A stretch of DNA of 64,000 nt from positions 1,216,001-1,280,000 of the forward strand of contig OY760175.1 in the NCBI GenBank assembly GCA_963663165.1. Reading direction: 5' to 3'. Origin of the DNA: an uncultured Desulfospira sp. (lineage in GTDB: Bacteria; Desulfobacterota; Desulfobacteria; Desulfobacterales; Desulfobacteraceae). The notes beneath the pieces are model-generated. The model ran no database searches. It worked only from the letters and a program-made list of their open reading frames with translations, and was not told where the DNA came from. Positions 1 through 11,295 of the stretch are shown one piece after another. Position numbers and translations under genes: made by a program. Positions within the stretch are counted from its first letter, which is position 1. The number at the start of each line of letters is the position of its first letter.

Positions 1-3000
1 GTAAATGTGACGGGTTTGAACAACAACCAAAAATACTTTTTCAGTGTAACCACCGTCAACCTGTCCGGCGGAGAAGATAAAGACAGCATAACAACCGTCT
101 CGGCAACACCCCAGGCAGATATTACAGGGCCTGAGATCTCCAATGTGACATTGAACGGCGTATCCATGACCAATGCAATGGCCGTAGACAGTCGGGCGGA
201 CATTAACTGCAATGCATCGGATGAAAGCGGCGTATCTCGGGTTGAGTTTCTGATTAACGGCAGATTGTATTCCGATACCGGCGGACCGGATTATTCATGC
301 CAATGGGACATTGCTTCAGTTGAGGACGGTTCATATTCCATTCAGGTTACGGCCTATGATACTTTAGGCAACACCACCACAGTGTCCTATCCCGTATCCG
401 TGGCCTTGGCCAAACCCGCTGCACCAGTCATCACCGCCCCTGCCGGAGGAGAAGTTGTCAATACGCCGTCCGTGAACATATCGGGAACCGCCCTGGAACT
501 TGCCGATGTAATGGTTTATGTGAACGGGAGCGCCTCAGGCGATTGGATAACAGCAGACGATCAGGGCAATTTTAATCTTGCCATAACCCTTTTTGAGGGA
601 GAAAACACCCTTCAGGCCGTGGCCCGGAACCGGGCAGGCCAAAGCCCGTTCAGCACTGCCGTAACCATTACCCTGGATACGGACATCCCGGACAGCCCCA
701 CACATCTTGAAGCCGAACCTGTTGCCGGTGGTGCCGTTTCCCTGAACTGGACCAGGCCGTTGGAAAGCACGGTCAAAGGCTACAACCTGTACCGGTCCGA
801 TACCCGGTTTTCCACCATTGCCCAGGCAGATCAAATCAATTCCGGCCTGATAAAAGCAACACTCCGCAATGATCTGCCCAATGAAGACAAAGAATATTTT
901 TACGGTGTCACGGCCGTGGATCATGCCAGCAATGAAAGTGCTTTATCCAACATAGTCTCTGCCGTTTCCGACCGGGCAGCACCCCAGGCCCTGTCCATAG
1001 AGTACTTTCCTTCAGGTGCTTTTGATGCAGATACCGGCCGCATGGGACCCGGATTTGTCAACGTAACCCTTACCTTAAGCGAACCCCTTGCCGCTACGCC
1101 GTTTTTGAGCATCAATCCCATCGGGGCCGTGCCCATGACAGTGAATCTGACACAGCAATCCGACCTGATTTATACCGGTTTGTTTTCCATTGACCAGGAT
1201 ACACCCACCGGCACGGCCTATGCCGTATTTTCCGCCAGGGATGAAGCCGGGAACCGGGGGGATGCCATAATCGAGGGCGACACCGTAGAGATTGACACCA
1301 GCGGCCCGGAATTAACAGACATCATACTTAATCCCCAGGCACCTGTTCAAAACGATGAATCCGAACCTGTCGAGATAACAGTGGTGCTGGGACTTGACGA
1401 ACCGGTCAAGGCGGGAGAGCCCCCAACCCTGTCTTACCTGCTTTCCGGTGAGGGCCGGACAGCTACAGACATTGATACCCTGACACTTATGGACACCGCA
1501 GACGGCCATGCCCAGACCTGGCAGGCCGTATTTGTCCTTCCGGCCGATGCCGGCCTTAACGGAGCAGAAACCCTGGAATTTATCTATTCCGCCGTGGATG
1601 ACCTGGACAATGTTTCAGACAAAGTCAGTGCAGACAATGCCTTCCAGATTTACCAGGGGGATCTGCCCCCCTTAGAAGCGCCCACGGGTCTTACCGGGGT
1701 CAGTATGCCGGCAGGGGAGATCAGCCTTACATGGAATGCCGTGGATTTTGCCGCAGGATATGTGGTGTACCGGATGGCTCCCGGGCAAGCTCAGCTTTCC
1801 CTTTTAACCACCCTTGACACCACACAATATACGGACCAGCCGGACCAGGAAGGCACCTACACCTATGCGGTGGCAAGTCTGCGCAGTGAAAACGGCCAGG
1901 AAGCCGAAAGCGCCCAAAGTGCGTCTGTTGAAGTTGAGTCCGATGCCACGGCCCCGGGGGTACCCACCGGCCTTACCCTGGCGCTGACACCCCAGGGTAT
2001 CCTGGCCCAATGGACCGAACCTGCCCTGACAGAAACCGTAACCTATGCCCTGTACCGGGCCGATACGGCAGACATCTCTTCAGTGGAAGGCCTTGGGGCC
2101 GTACACACCGATATCCTGGGAACCCAGGCCCTTGATACCACCCCGTCAGAAACCCATCACTATTACGTGGTAACAGCCGTGGACCCGGCCGGTAACGAAT
2201 CCGCCCCATCCGAGCCCGGTTACCATGATTTTGAGCTGCTGCCCGTACAAACCCTGACAGTGACAAGATCCGGCCAGGATGACCCTGTAATCGCCTGGAC
2301 CCATACCGGTTCCAGCATTACCGGGTATGACATTTACCTTGGCCCTTCGGATAACCTTGTCAAGCTGAACAGCGAGCTGAACAGCGAACGGCTGACCCAA
2401 TCCTCTTTTACGGATACCGGGTATGACGGCAGTGAAAGACAGTATACAGTTGTGGCCGTGAACCATAACGAAGTGCCATCCCTGGGCCGCAGCATTATCC
2501 TGCCCGTTCTGGGCATGGATCTGCCTGAAGATGCCGTTCTCAAACGAGGGTTGATGAACCGCCTGGAATATACCGTGGCCAACAGCGGAACCAGTGCTGT
2601 GGAAAGAGCGGTTTTAAAGGTAACGGCCCAGGGCCGGGAACATATCTCACAATCCTTTGGCATTGCCCCGGGTGCATCCCAGACCGTACCCGTGGTGATT
2701 GGCGGGTACAGCGACCTGCCGGACATGGTATCCCTGGTCTCTGCCATAGAGATCACCCCCAATGACGGAGAAACCGTCCGCATCGAAAGCAAGGCCGATA
2801 TTGAGGCCGGCACCGGCATGCTCCTTCTCACCTTTACCAATGACGAACTTGTCCGGGGCACGAAAGGTGAGATTGTTTTCACCCTGGAGAACACCGGGGA
2901 TGAACAGATCGAAATAATTACGGCCCGGTCCAATGGCCACCCGTCTGCCGACATTACCCTTTACCTCAGCGATGAAGACGGCAACATCCTTTCCACAGGC

Positions 3001-6000
3001 ACTTACACCCAGGTATACGGCAGCAACGTGGTCAACCTGTACAACGGCGGCACCATTGCGCGCATCAACCCCGGTGAGACTTTTGAATCCCAGCCCATGG
3101 CCATTGCCGTGCCTTCAGCAGTTCCGGATGACCTTGTGCTGACCCTTGAGATCAGCAATATCTATTACGCTTCAGGAGAGCCCGAACAGGTCACCATGGC
3201 GGGGGTAAGCACCAGCCGGGACATCACGTTGATGGATACAGCCTACTACGGAGAGATCCTGGCCATCACCCCGGAAGCGTCCAACGGCACCCGGGATATA
3301 GAAATCATCGGCCGGGCCGTGGACCGCAGCGACGGCCAGCCTCTTGCGCAAGTCCCCCTGATCCTGGTGATTACCTTTGACGGATTTGAAAAAAGCGCCA
3401 AGGTCTATACCGGCAGTGACGGCAGTTTTACCTATGCCTTTGAACCCACCCCGGGCCAATACGGAGAGTATAAAGCCTGCGCCATCCATCCGGATCTGAT
3501 GGACCGTCCGGTCCAGGGAAGATTTACCATTGCACAAACCGTTAAAGACCGGATCGGGTTTGCCCCGGCAAGTGCTGAACTCACCACCTGCCTGCGGTAT
3601 GAACGGCAAATCGAAGTCACCGTCACCGCAGGCAGTGAGGCTTCGGCAACCAACCTCGGGTTTGTCTATGAGGCATCTGACCAGGAAGAAGAGACCCTGC
3701 CCCAGGGCATTCATGTGGATACGGGTGATCCGGTTGCCGAACTTGGTCCCGGAGAGACCCAGACCATCACCATCACCCTGTGGGCCGATAATACGGCCGA
3801 AGAAAACACCACCATAACCCTCAGGCTGGTCAGCGACGAGGCCCCTGATACCGGCTGGGGAGAATTGCCCATCCGTATCCAAACCACGGACACAGGCCCG
3901 GTGGTAACCAGTGAGCCTAACCGCATAGAAACCGGCCTTGCCCTGGACCAGAGTGTTACAGAAACCCTCACCCTCAAAAACATTGGGTTCGCCCCCCTGG
4001 TTGATCCTGCGGTGTCTCTGGTAAACCGTGACGGCACCCCGGCCCCGGGCTGGGTGTTGTTGAACCTGCCATCGGACATGGATGCCATTGAGGTCGGGGA
4101 AAGCGTAGATGCCACGGTGCTATTTTCTCCCACCCAGGCTGAAGTATCAGAAGGAGAGTATTATTTTTACATTCAGGTGCAAGGCGCCAATTATGCGGCC
4201 GTAAACATCCCTGTCCATGCGGTGGTGACCAGTTCCGGCACGGGCCATATCCTGTTCAAGGTATCGGACATCTACACCGGCACCATTGATGAAAAAACCG
4301 GCAAGATGATCCAGGGACTGTCCGGAGCCGCGTTGACCCTGCAAAACGAGAGTGCCGCAAGCATCACCTACAGCGGTGGTACAGACCAATACGGGGAGCT
4401 GCTCTTATCCGACATCCCCGCAGGCCGGTACAAGTATATCTTAAAAGCAGACGACCATGAGCAGTCCATTGGCCGGGTCTGGATCAAGCCGGGCATTACA
4501 GCCACCCAGGATGTTTTTTTAAACAACACCCTTGTCACCGTGGAGTGGTCAGTGGTTGAGACCGGTATCCAGGACCAGTATGAGATCGTATTAAAGGCTA
4601 CCTATGAGACCAATGTCCCGGCACCGGTGGTGGTGGCCGATCCCCTGTCCGTCTCCCTTGCGGGCATGTCACCCGGCGATGTCCTGTCCGGAGAAATCCG
4701 GTTCACCAATTATGGGCTGATCCGGGCGGACAATATTGAATTTGCGGCCCCTTCGTCTGACCAATATTTTAAATACGAGTTTTTAGACATCCCTGCCACC
4801 ATAGAAGCCAAAGAATCTGTCAATGTGGCTTATCGCGTAACCTGTCTGTCAAGCCTGACCGGTGAGGATGAGGGCAACGGCGGGGGGGCCGGAAGCTATT
4901 CGAAATCGGGTAAAATGAGTTACTCTGCCAAGTGTTACTCCGGGTCTATATCAGTTAATTTCAATGTCCCGGGAACCGGCAGCGGTGGTGACTGGACAAT
5001 GCCTTGGGGATCGGCGAGCAGCACAGGCTTTGGCCGTTCCAGCGAAATTCCCGAAGGAGTGAAATGCTGGCCAGGTTATGACCGTGAAGAACCATCCTTT
5101 CTTAACGCTCCAAAATCAGATCAAATCCAATGCGTTTTGTCTTCAGTGAATATGCTGCACCGGGAATATAATCGCCACAAAACCGACATCCGGGTCAAGG
5201 TGCCCGGCGGGACGATAAGTTTTGAACGGCGGTATTACGACAACCAGTGGCACCTGGATTATCTGGATGATAATTTAACCTTTCAAAGCACAGGATCGGA
5301 CTTAATTATTAAAAACGATGTTAAATACAAACCTGTCGCCAACGACAGCCGTATTTTTATCCATAAAAATTATAAAATCATCACTACCGACACCGGGTAT
5401 ACCTGGAAGGCACCCCATGGCGACTGGAAAAAATTTGACCCGGACGGCCGCATGATGTCTTACGGTGACCGGAACGGCCTGGTGGCCCAACTCATTTACG
5501 AAGATGGAGAAAATGGACGCCTTACAGGCATAGCCGATAAAAACATGCGCCAAATATTCTGGTTTGAATACGACGGGGAAGGAAACCTGGCAGCCGTAGA
5601 AGACTTTGAGAGGCGTCGGATTGAATACTCTCATGGGAATGGCCTGCTTACGGACGTCCAGGATTTACAGGGGAATACAACCAGCTATGAATACGACGAT
5701 GAGAACCGGATTATAAAGACAACTACGCCAGACGGGCATTATTCCACAGTGGTATACGACGAATACGACAATGTGACTCAATCCCTGGATGAAAATAACC
5801 AGGGGTACGGTTTTGAGTATGTCTATAGTGAATCCACAAGGCTGTCTTATGCCATGGTCACTTCTCCTGCAGGGCAGGTCAAGGAGGCCTGTTATGACCT
5901 GGACGGGTACACCCGCAGGGTTGACATAAACGGGCGTACAGTCAAGACCATTGATGTATCACTAAGAACCTTTGCCGTGACCGATGAGAACGGCAATGTA

Positions 6001-8871
6001 ACCATAGAAGAGTATGATGAATGGGGAAATTTAACCCGGATGAGCTACCCGGACGGCAGTGAAGTAACCTACGAATACGAACGGACCTATAACCAACCGG
6101 TCCGCAAGGTAAATGAAAACGGGGTGGTAAGCTTTTTTGAATATGACGACAACGGCAACCTGACCCAAAAGACGGAAGCAGCCGGAACCGATGATGAACG
6201 GATAACCCAACACACCTATGATGAAGACGGCAATACCCTGACCATCACCATTTTGGCGGATGCCGATACAAGTGTCTCTCAAACCGTGATGACCTATGAT
6301 GACAACGGCAACCTTGAAACCCTTACCGACCCGGCAGGCGGAATTACCCGGTTCACCGATTATGACATTACAGGCAGGCTCCTTACAAAAATCGACGCCA
6401 GGGGCAAAACCTGGGGCTATACCTACGACAACAAGGGCAATCTTAAAACCGCCACCGATCCTTTGGGCAACACCACTGAATATGAATACGATAAAGCCGG
6501 CAACCGGACCCGAATGGTGGATGCCCTGGGCCGTCAGACCCTGTTTGAATACGACCTCCACGGCAACCTTGTCCTGCAAACCGACCACGAGGTCAACGAA
6601 ACCCGGTTTGAATATGATGCCGGCAATAACCTGATCCGGAAAACCGATGCCCAGGGCTCCACCACCCAAAGTACCTATGACACCGAAGGCCGCATGGTCA
6701 GCACGGTTGACGGCCATGGGGATGAGACCGCTTTCGAATACAATGATACAGATACCGGCTGCTCGTCCTGCAACGGTTCCCGGGGCCTGCCCTCCAGGAT
6801 CATCTATCCCACGTTCACAAAAACATTCACCTATGACAGACGAAACCGGAAAACCGCAGAGACAGACCATCTGAACGATACCACCGAAACCACCACCCTG
6901 TTTGAATATGACAGCGCCGGCAACCTTGCCGCAAAAACCGACAAAGAGGGGCGAACCACCGCATACACCTATGATGCCCTGAACCGGATTACAAAAGTAA
7001 TTGACCCGGCCAACGGTGAAACCATTTATGAATATGACGACCGGGACAACCTGATATCACTGACCGACGCTGAAAACCAGACCACGCTATTTGAGTATGA
7101 CGCAGCCAACCGACTGGTAAAGGAGACCCGTCCCCTGGGCAATGAGACCACCTACGCCTATGACGACGCCGGCAACCTGATCGAAAAGACCGACGCCAAA
7201 AACCAGAGAACCGAATATGAATATGACGATGCCGGCAGGCTAAATGAAATCCGTTACTTTGCATCTTCAATCGATACTACCCCTGCCAAAACCGTGACCT
7301 TCTCCCACGACAAAACCGGCAACCTGACCGGCTACAACGACGGGACCACTTCAGCGGTTTACACCTACAACACCTTAAACCAGAAAATCAAAGAAACCAT
7401 GAACTACGGGGCATTCTCCCTTGAAACCGGCACCACCTATTACGGCAACGGCATGAAAAAGACCCAGACCGGGCCGGACGGCACCACCTACGGCTACCTG
7501 TACGACGCCAACAATCAACTTTCTGCTGTACAGGTCCCCAATGCCGGGTATATAACTGTGGGCGAATACCAGTGGAACCGGCCCAAGTCTTTGCTGTTCC
7601 CCGGAGGCAGCCAAAGGACCGTTGAATACGACCCACTCATGCGCATCAAGCAGATCACGGCCCGGGACCAGGCAGACAATCAAAACTTAAGCTTGGCTTA
7701 TGAGTACGACAAAATGGACAACATAACCGCCAAAGCCACGGAACACGGCTCTTATGTTTATGAATACGATGCCCTGTACCGGTTAACAAATACGGACAAC
7801 CCGGTCCAGGATGACGAGGCATTTACCTATGACAACGTGGGCAACCGGCTGACATCGTCAGAGACTTCAGACCAGTGGGCCTACAACCAGAACAACGAAC
7901 TGGCCGGTTACGACGATGTAACCTTTACCCATGACGCCAACGGCAACATCATCGAGAAGAACAATAACGGTACCATCACCCGCTTTTACTACAATATCGA
8001 AAACCGCCTGGAGCGTGTAGAAAGCGAATCCGGAACAGTAATTGCCGAATACTACTATGACCCCTTTGGCCGCCGTCTCTGGAAAGACGTATCCGGAACC
8101 CGAACCTGCTACCACTACACCGACGAGGGCCTGGCAGGCGAATACAATGCCGCAGGCAACACGGTGAAGACCTACGGCTATAAACCCGGCGGAACCTGGG
8201 GAACCGATCCGTTGTTCATGAAAGTTGGGCCTGAGTACTATTTTTATCACAACGATCACTTGGGCACCCCGCAAAAAATGACGGCTGTCAATGGGGCTGT
8301 GGTTTGGTCGGCTACGTATAGTTCGTTTGGTGAAGCTGAGGTTGATTCTGCGTCTACGGTTGAAAATAATTTGCGGTTCCCGGGACAATATTTTGATGCT
8401 GAAACCGGGCTGCACTATAATTGGTTCAGATATTATAATCCTGAAACTGGGCTGTATATCACCACTGATCCTATTGGCCTTTCAGGTGGGATTAATCTTT
8501 ATAGTTACGCCCAAAATGATCCGGTTAATTTGATAGACCCCGAGGGATTATTCTGGCAATGGCTGGCAGTTGAAACAGCTAAACGTTTTCCAAAGCCTAC
8601 GAGTCAAAATAAAATAATTCGTGAATTAGCTCAAAAAGAATTAGATGCACTAAACAAAGAATGGCCATGCGCTTCTGGATTATCTGAAAGAAAAAAACAG
8701 CTTGAAGATCTTATACAATATACGCACAAAAATGCCATAGAAAGAAATATAGATATGTTTAATAGATATAGTAGAGATTTCTATAAATTTATTACCAAAA
8801 ATCCAAATAATCACTCTACTACCGGAAATATGATCGATCGATATCGCTATTTCCACAGGCAACAAAATTAA
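1..8871 (+). CDS. Giant Rhs/YD-repeat polymorphic toxin with Ig-like and fibronectin type III stalk, 5'-partial (copy 1)
   Basis: The frame is open from base 1 (ORF track 7..8871, 2954 aa). It shows FN3-like repeats (W...Y.lYR...Y.VTAVD.AGNES), Ig-like domains and YD repeats. The Rhs core reads HNDHLGTP...NLRFPGQY...DPIGL...DPEGL, followed by an AT-rich variable tip at 8551-8871. Confidence 0.93.
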   Translation, partial: VNVTGLNNNQKYFFSVTTVNLSGGEDKDSITTVSATPQADITGPEISNVTLNGVSMTNAMAVDSRADINCNASDESGVSRVEFLINGRLYSDTGGPDYSCQWDIASVEDGSYSIQVTAYDTLGNTTTVSYPVSVALAKPAAPVITAPAGGEVVNTPSVNISGTALELADVMVYVNGSASGDWITADDQGNFNLAITLFEGENTLQAVARNRAGQSPFSTAVTITLDTDIPDSPTHLEAEPVAGGAVSLNWTRPLESTVKGYNLYRSDTRFSTIAQADQINSGLIKATLRNDLPNEDKEYFYGVTAVDHASNESALSNIVSAVSDRAAPQALSIEYFPSGAFDADTGRMGPGFVNVTLTLSEPLAATPFLSINPIGAVPMTVNLTQQSDLIYTGLFSIDQDTPTGTAYAVFSARDEAGNRGDAIIEGDTVEIDTSGPELTDIILNPQAPVQNDESEPVEITVVLGLDEPVKAGEPPTLSYLLSGEGRTATDIDTLTLMDTADGHAQTWQAVFVLPADAGLNGAETLEFIYSAVDDLDNVSDKVSADNAFQIYQGDLPPLEAPTGLTGVSMPAGEISLTWNAVDFAAGYVVYRMAPGQAQLSLLTTLDTTQYTDQPDQEGTYTYAVASLRSENGQEAESAQSASVEVESDATAPGVPTGLTLALTPQGILAQWTEPALTETVTYALYRADTADISSVEGLGAVHTDILGTQALDTTPSETHHYYVVTAVDPAGNESAPSEPGYHDFELLPVQTLTVTRSGQDDPVIAWTHTGSSITGYDIYLGPSDNLVKLNSELNSERLTQSSFTDTGYDGSERQYTVVAVNHNEVPSLGRSIILPVLGMDLPEDAVLKRGLMNRLEYTVANSGTSAVERAVLKVTAQGREHISQSFGIAPGASQTVPVVIGGYSDLPDMVSLVSAIEITPNDGETVRIESKADIEAGTGMLLLTFTNDELVRGTKGEIVFTLENTGDEQIEIITARSNGHPSADITLYLSDEDGNILSTGTYTQVYGSNVVNLYNGGTIARINPGETFESQPMAIAVPSAVPDDLVLTLEISNIYYASGEPEQVTMAGVSTSRDITLMDTAYYGEILAITPEASNGTRDIEIIGRAVDRSDGQPLAQVPLILVITFDGFEKSAKVYTGSDGSFTYAFEPTPGQYGEYKACAIHPDLMDRPVQGRFTIAQTVKDRIGFAPASAELTTCLRYERQIEVTVTAGSEASATNLGFVYEASDQEEETLPQGIHVDTGDPVAELGPGETQTITITLWADNTAEENTTITLRLVSDEAPDTGWGELPIRIQTTDTGPVVTSEPNRIETGLALDQSVTETLTLKNIGFAPLVDPAVSLVNRDGTPAPGWVLLNLPSDMDAIEVGESVDATVLFSPTQAEVSEGEYYFYIQVQGANYAAVNIPVHAVVTSSGTGHILFKVSDIYTGTIDEKTGKMIQGLSGAALTLQNESAASITYSGGTDQYGELLLSDIPAGRYKYILKADDHEQSIGRVWIKPGITATQDVFLNNTLVTVEWSVVETGIQDQYEIVLKATYETNVPAPVVVADPLSVSLAGMSPGDVLSGEIRFTNYGLIRADNIEFAAPSSDQYFKYEFLDIPATIEAKESVNVAYRVTCLSSLTGEDEGNGGGAGSYSKSGKMSYSAKCYSGSISVNFNVPGTGSGGDWTMPWGSASSTGFGRSSEIPEGVKCWPGYDREEPSFLNAPKSDQIQCVLSSVNMLHREYNRHKTDIRVKVPGGTISFERRYYDNQWHLDYLDDNLTFQSTGSDLIIKNDVKYKPVANDSRIFIHKNYKIITTDTGYTWKAPHGDWKKFDPDGRMMSYGDRNGLVAQLIYEDGENGRLTGIADKNMRQIFWFEYDGEGNLAAVEDFERRRIEYSHGNGLLTDVQDLQGNTTSYEYDDENRIIKTTTPDGHYSTVVYDEYDNVTQSLDENNQGYGFEYVYSESTRLSYAMVTSPAGQVKEACYDLDGYTRRVDINGRTVKTIDVSLRTFAVTDENGNVTIEEYDEWGNLTRMSYPDGSEVTYEYERTYNQPVRKVNENGVVSFFEYDDNGNLTQKTEAAGTDDERITQHTYDEDGNTLTITILADADTSVSQTVMTYDDNGNLETLTDPAGGITRFTDYDITGRLLTKIDARGKTWGYTYDNKGNLKTATDPLGNTTEYEYDKAGNRTRMVDALGRQTLFEYDLHGNLVLQTDHEVNETRFEYDAGNNLIRKTDAQGSTTQSTYDTEGRMVSTVDGHGDETAFEYNDTDTGCSSCNGSRGLPSRIIYPTFTKTFTYDRRNRKTAETDHLNDTTETTTLFEYDSAGNLAAKTDKEGRTTAYTYDALNRITKVIDPANGETIYEYDDRDNLISLTDAENQTTLFEYDAANRLVKETRPLGNETTYAYDDAGNLIEKTDAKNQRTEYEYDDAGRLNEIRYFASSIDTTPAKTVTFSHDKTGNLTGYNDGTTSAVYTYNTLNQKIKETMNYGAFSLETGTTYYGNGMKKTQTGPDGTTYGYLYDANNQLSAVQVPNAGYITVGEYQWNRPKSLLFPGGSQRTVEYDPLMRIKQITARDQADNQNLSLAYEYDKMDNITAKATEHGSYVYEYDALYRLTNTDNPVQDDEAFTYDNVGNRLTSSETSDQWAYNQNNELAGYDDVTFTHDANGNIIEKNNNGTITRFYYNIENRLERVESESGTVIAEYYYDPFGRRLWKDVSGTRTCYHYTDEGLAGEYNAAGNTVKTYGYKPGGTWGTDPLFMKVGPEYYFYHNDHLGTPQKMTAVNGAVVWSATYSSFGEAEVDSASTVENNLRFPGQYFDAETGLHYNWFRYYNPETGLYITTDPIGLSGGINLYSYAQNDPVNLIDPEGLFWQWLAVETAKRFPKPTSQNKIIRELAQKELDALNKEWPCASGLSERKKQLEDLIQYTHKNAIERNIDMFNRYSRDFYKFITKNPNNHSTTGNMIDRYRYFHRQQN

Positions 8872-8887
8872 AGAACCTAACTATTAA

Positions 8888-9028
8888 ATGAATAAACTAT
8901 ACAAAAAAATTTTTTATTTAATATCTGTGTTATTAATATCGGTGATACTATTTTACATTGGTTTTGAAATGATTCTGATTGTCATTACCTCGATAGTGGT
9001 TTTATATTTTTTGATGAAGAAAGTATGA
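8888..9028 (+). CDS. Putative immunity protein, 46 aa, two predicted TM helices (not in ORF track)
   Basis: Manual translation gives MNKLYKKIFYLISVLLISVILFYIGFEMILIVITSIVVLYFLMKKV*. It lies directly after the toxin tip, the same position as the other immunity genes. Confidence 0.6.
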   Translation: MNKLYKKIFYLISVLLISVILFYIGFEMILIVITSIVVLYFLMKKV

Positions 9029-9438
9029 TATTGATCGGGGTATGATAGGGTGGTGTAAACGATTTCGGGGGGATAATTGGGGTCAGGTAACGATTCACTC
9101 CCCTTTAGTAAAAGGAGTGGCTTCGAACTATGATCGGGCCATAATAACTAATTGAAATAAGGAGCAAAACGTTTTAAAACCGCCCCTCAGAATATGCCTA
9201 AAATGCATTTTTGAGGGGCGTCTTTATCGTGGGTCGGACCCAGCCAACCACCTGAAATAAAACAAATACCCTCCCAAAACACCCTCCAAAACTGCCTTAG
9301 GCTGGTGGTTTTGGGGCCAAAAATAACGGTTTAAGAAAAATAAGGAACCGTCTCCCGTGCTCAGGCTCCAGCCCGGCAAACTGCCGCCGGGCTTCCGCTT
9401 CCTGCGCCGGGAGCCGACCTTAATTCCGGGGACACGAA

Positions 9439-9571
9439 CGGTTTGGGGTCGGGCCACAGCAACCCATTGTAATATCTATAAAAGAGCTAAAAATATACCC
9501 CTAAAACGGCCTTAATCGACTCTTTTGGGGGCCGAAAACATGGGTTTAATTTTACTCTGACCCTATTTTTA
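9439..9571. repeat. 133-bp GGGTC double-ended repeat unit, copy A
   Basis: cggtttggggtcgggccacagc...tttaattttactctgaccctattttta, identical by eye to 29765-29897 and 30267-30399. Confidence 0.92.
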
Positions 9572-9631
9572 GCTATAAACCCGGCGGAACCTGGGGAACT
9601 GATCCGTTGTTCATGAAAGTTGGGCCTGAGT

Positions 9632-11096
9632 CAATGTCATAAAGTTAAGGATATATACATAAAATCTTTATAAATACAGTGCATTATGCTATATTTAACC
9701 TTAATAATAACCTTAAATATTTCTTGTGAAAGGAGAATAAAATGCCTGAAAAATTCAACCAATCTGGCATGGAACCTGCTTTCCAAAATATGTGCCGAGT
9801 TAATCGACTATCTTAAAAATATTCTGTATTCCCCGGAATTTATCGCCAGACATAAAAAAAACGAGAAAGATTTCACGCGCAAACGAACGCTCACTTTCCA
9901 GACACTTTTTTTGTATTTCATAAACTTCATTAAGGGCTCATATCAAGACGAGCTTGATCATTACTTCAAGGCTTTGTTTCGACTGGATGTTCCAATAAAA
10001 ATCGTTTCAAAAATGGCTTTATCTCTGGCTCGAAAAAAACTTGAATATGACGCCTTCCTTGAGTTTAATCACCATCTACTCGAGTTTTTCTATAATCGCT
10101 TTCGAAACATGAAAACCTGGAGAGGCTTTAATCTTCTTGCTATCGACGGTAGTACGCTAAAATTGTTCAAGTACAAAGAAGTCAGGGAACATTTCGGCGT
10201 GTTGAAACCCAATAAAGGCCCTGCTTGTGTAATGGCACGGGTTTCTCAAATGTTCGATGTGCTGAATAAGGTTACAATTGATGCCATTATCAGCCCTTTT
10301 AAAGTCGGAGAACGAGAGCTGTTTCATAATCATATGCTCAATCTACTCCCGAATGATTTGCTTTTATTAGATCGTGGCTATCCGGCCTATTGGATTTTTA
10401 ATTTGATTATGTCTTTGGATAGCAATTTTTGCGCAAGAATTTCAAAACAATGGAAAATCGTTCAAAATTTCATTGAATCGGGTGCCCAGGAAGCCATAAT
10501 TGATCTTCATGCTTCGTACCAATCAAAAAAAGAATGTGAAGAAATGGGTCTTGACGCCTCTCCCTTGTGTTTGCGCCTTATACGAGTTGAACTCGAAAGC
10601 GGTGAAATCGAAGTTCTCATCACATCACTGATCGATGAACAAAAATTCCCTTATGACATTTTTATGGACTTATATCATAAACGCTGGCCGGTGGAAGTTG
10701 ATTATCTTTTCATGAAACAACGCATTGAAATCGGAAATTTTTCCGGCACAACGGTATTGTCTGTCTATCAAGATTTCCATTCAAAAGTCCTGGCAAAAAA
10801 TCTTACGTGGGTACTGGCCTCCCCAGCTCAGGAGACAGTTGAAAAGGAGGACCATGAGAAAAAGTATGAATATCAGCTGAATATGACACAGGCAATTTCA
10901 AAATCTAAAGACACACTTTTTTTGCTTTTTGAAAGACCGCGTGAAATTATCGTACAGTTGATTAAAGACCTTCATGCTCTTTTCATGGCTGCAACAGAAC
11001 CAATTAGGCCCGGGCGTAAATTCAAAAGAAAACATAAGATCAACAAGCGAGAGCATTACATGAATAATAAGCCTTGTCGTTAACTTTATGACATTG
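9632..11096 (+). mobile_element. IS4-family insertion sequence
   Basis: Terminal IRs caatgtcataaagttaa / ttaactttatgacattg. A 10-bp target duplication gggcctgagt lies at 9622-9631 and 11097-11106. Confidence 0.92.
9686..11083 (+). CDS. IS4-family DDE transposase
   Basis: Motifs LAIDGS, LLDRGY and LYHKRWPVE (YREK-like). The true start is uncertain. Confidence 0.9.
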   Translation: MLYLTLIITLNISCERRIKCLKNSTNLAWNLLSKICAELIDYLKNILYSPEFIARHKKNEKDFTRKRTLTFQTLFLYFINFIKGSYQDELDHYFKALFRLDVPIKIVSKMALSLARKKLEYDAFLEFNHHLLEFFYNRFRNMKTWRGFNLLAIDGSTLKLFKYKEVREHFGVLKPNKGPACVMARVSQMFDVLNKVTIDAIISPFKVGERELFHNHMLNLLPNDLLLLDRGYPAYWIFNLIMSLDSNFCARISKQWKIVQNFIESGAQEAIIDLHASYQSKKECEEMGLDASPLCLRLIRVELESGEIEVLITSLIDEQKFPYDIFMDLYHKRWPVEVDYLFMKQRIEIGNFSGTTVLSVYQDFHSKVLAKNLTWVLASPAQETVEKEDHEKKYEYQLNMTQAISKSKDTLFLLFERPREIIVQLIKDLHALFMAATEPIRPGRKFKRKHKINKREHYMNNKPCR

Positions 11097-11295
11097 GGGC
11101 CTGAGTACTATTTTTATCACAACGATCACTTAGGCACCCCTCAAAAAATGACGGCTGTCAATGGAGCTGTGGTTTGGTCGGCTACGTACAGTTCGTTTGG
11201 CAAAGCTGAGGTTGATACTGCATCTACGGTTGAAAATAATTTGCGGTTCCCGGGACAGTATTTTGATGCTGAGACTAAACTGCACTATAATCACG

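Larger units (their letters stand above)
9572..11291 (+). pseudogene. Rhs core fragment (YKPGGTWGTDP...FPGQYFDAET) without tip, interrupted by IS4
   Basis: 9572-9631 plus 11107-11291 match copy 1 at about 8177-8421. The fragment is bounded by repeat copies A and B. Confidence 0.85.

Noticed and set aside
535..8415. Many minus-strand and alternate-frame ORFs inside the Rhs genes (repeated in copies 2-4) and inside pilB, FIST and IS genes
   Set aside because: These are shadow ORFs from codon bias. They recur only because the host gene is duplicated and have no recognisable motifs.
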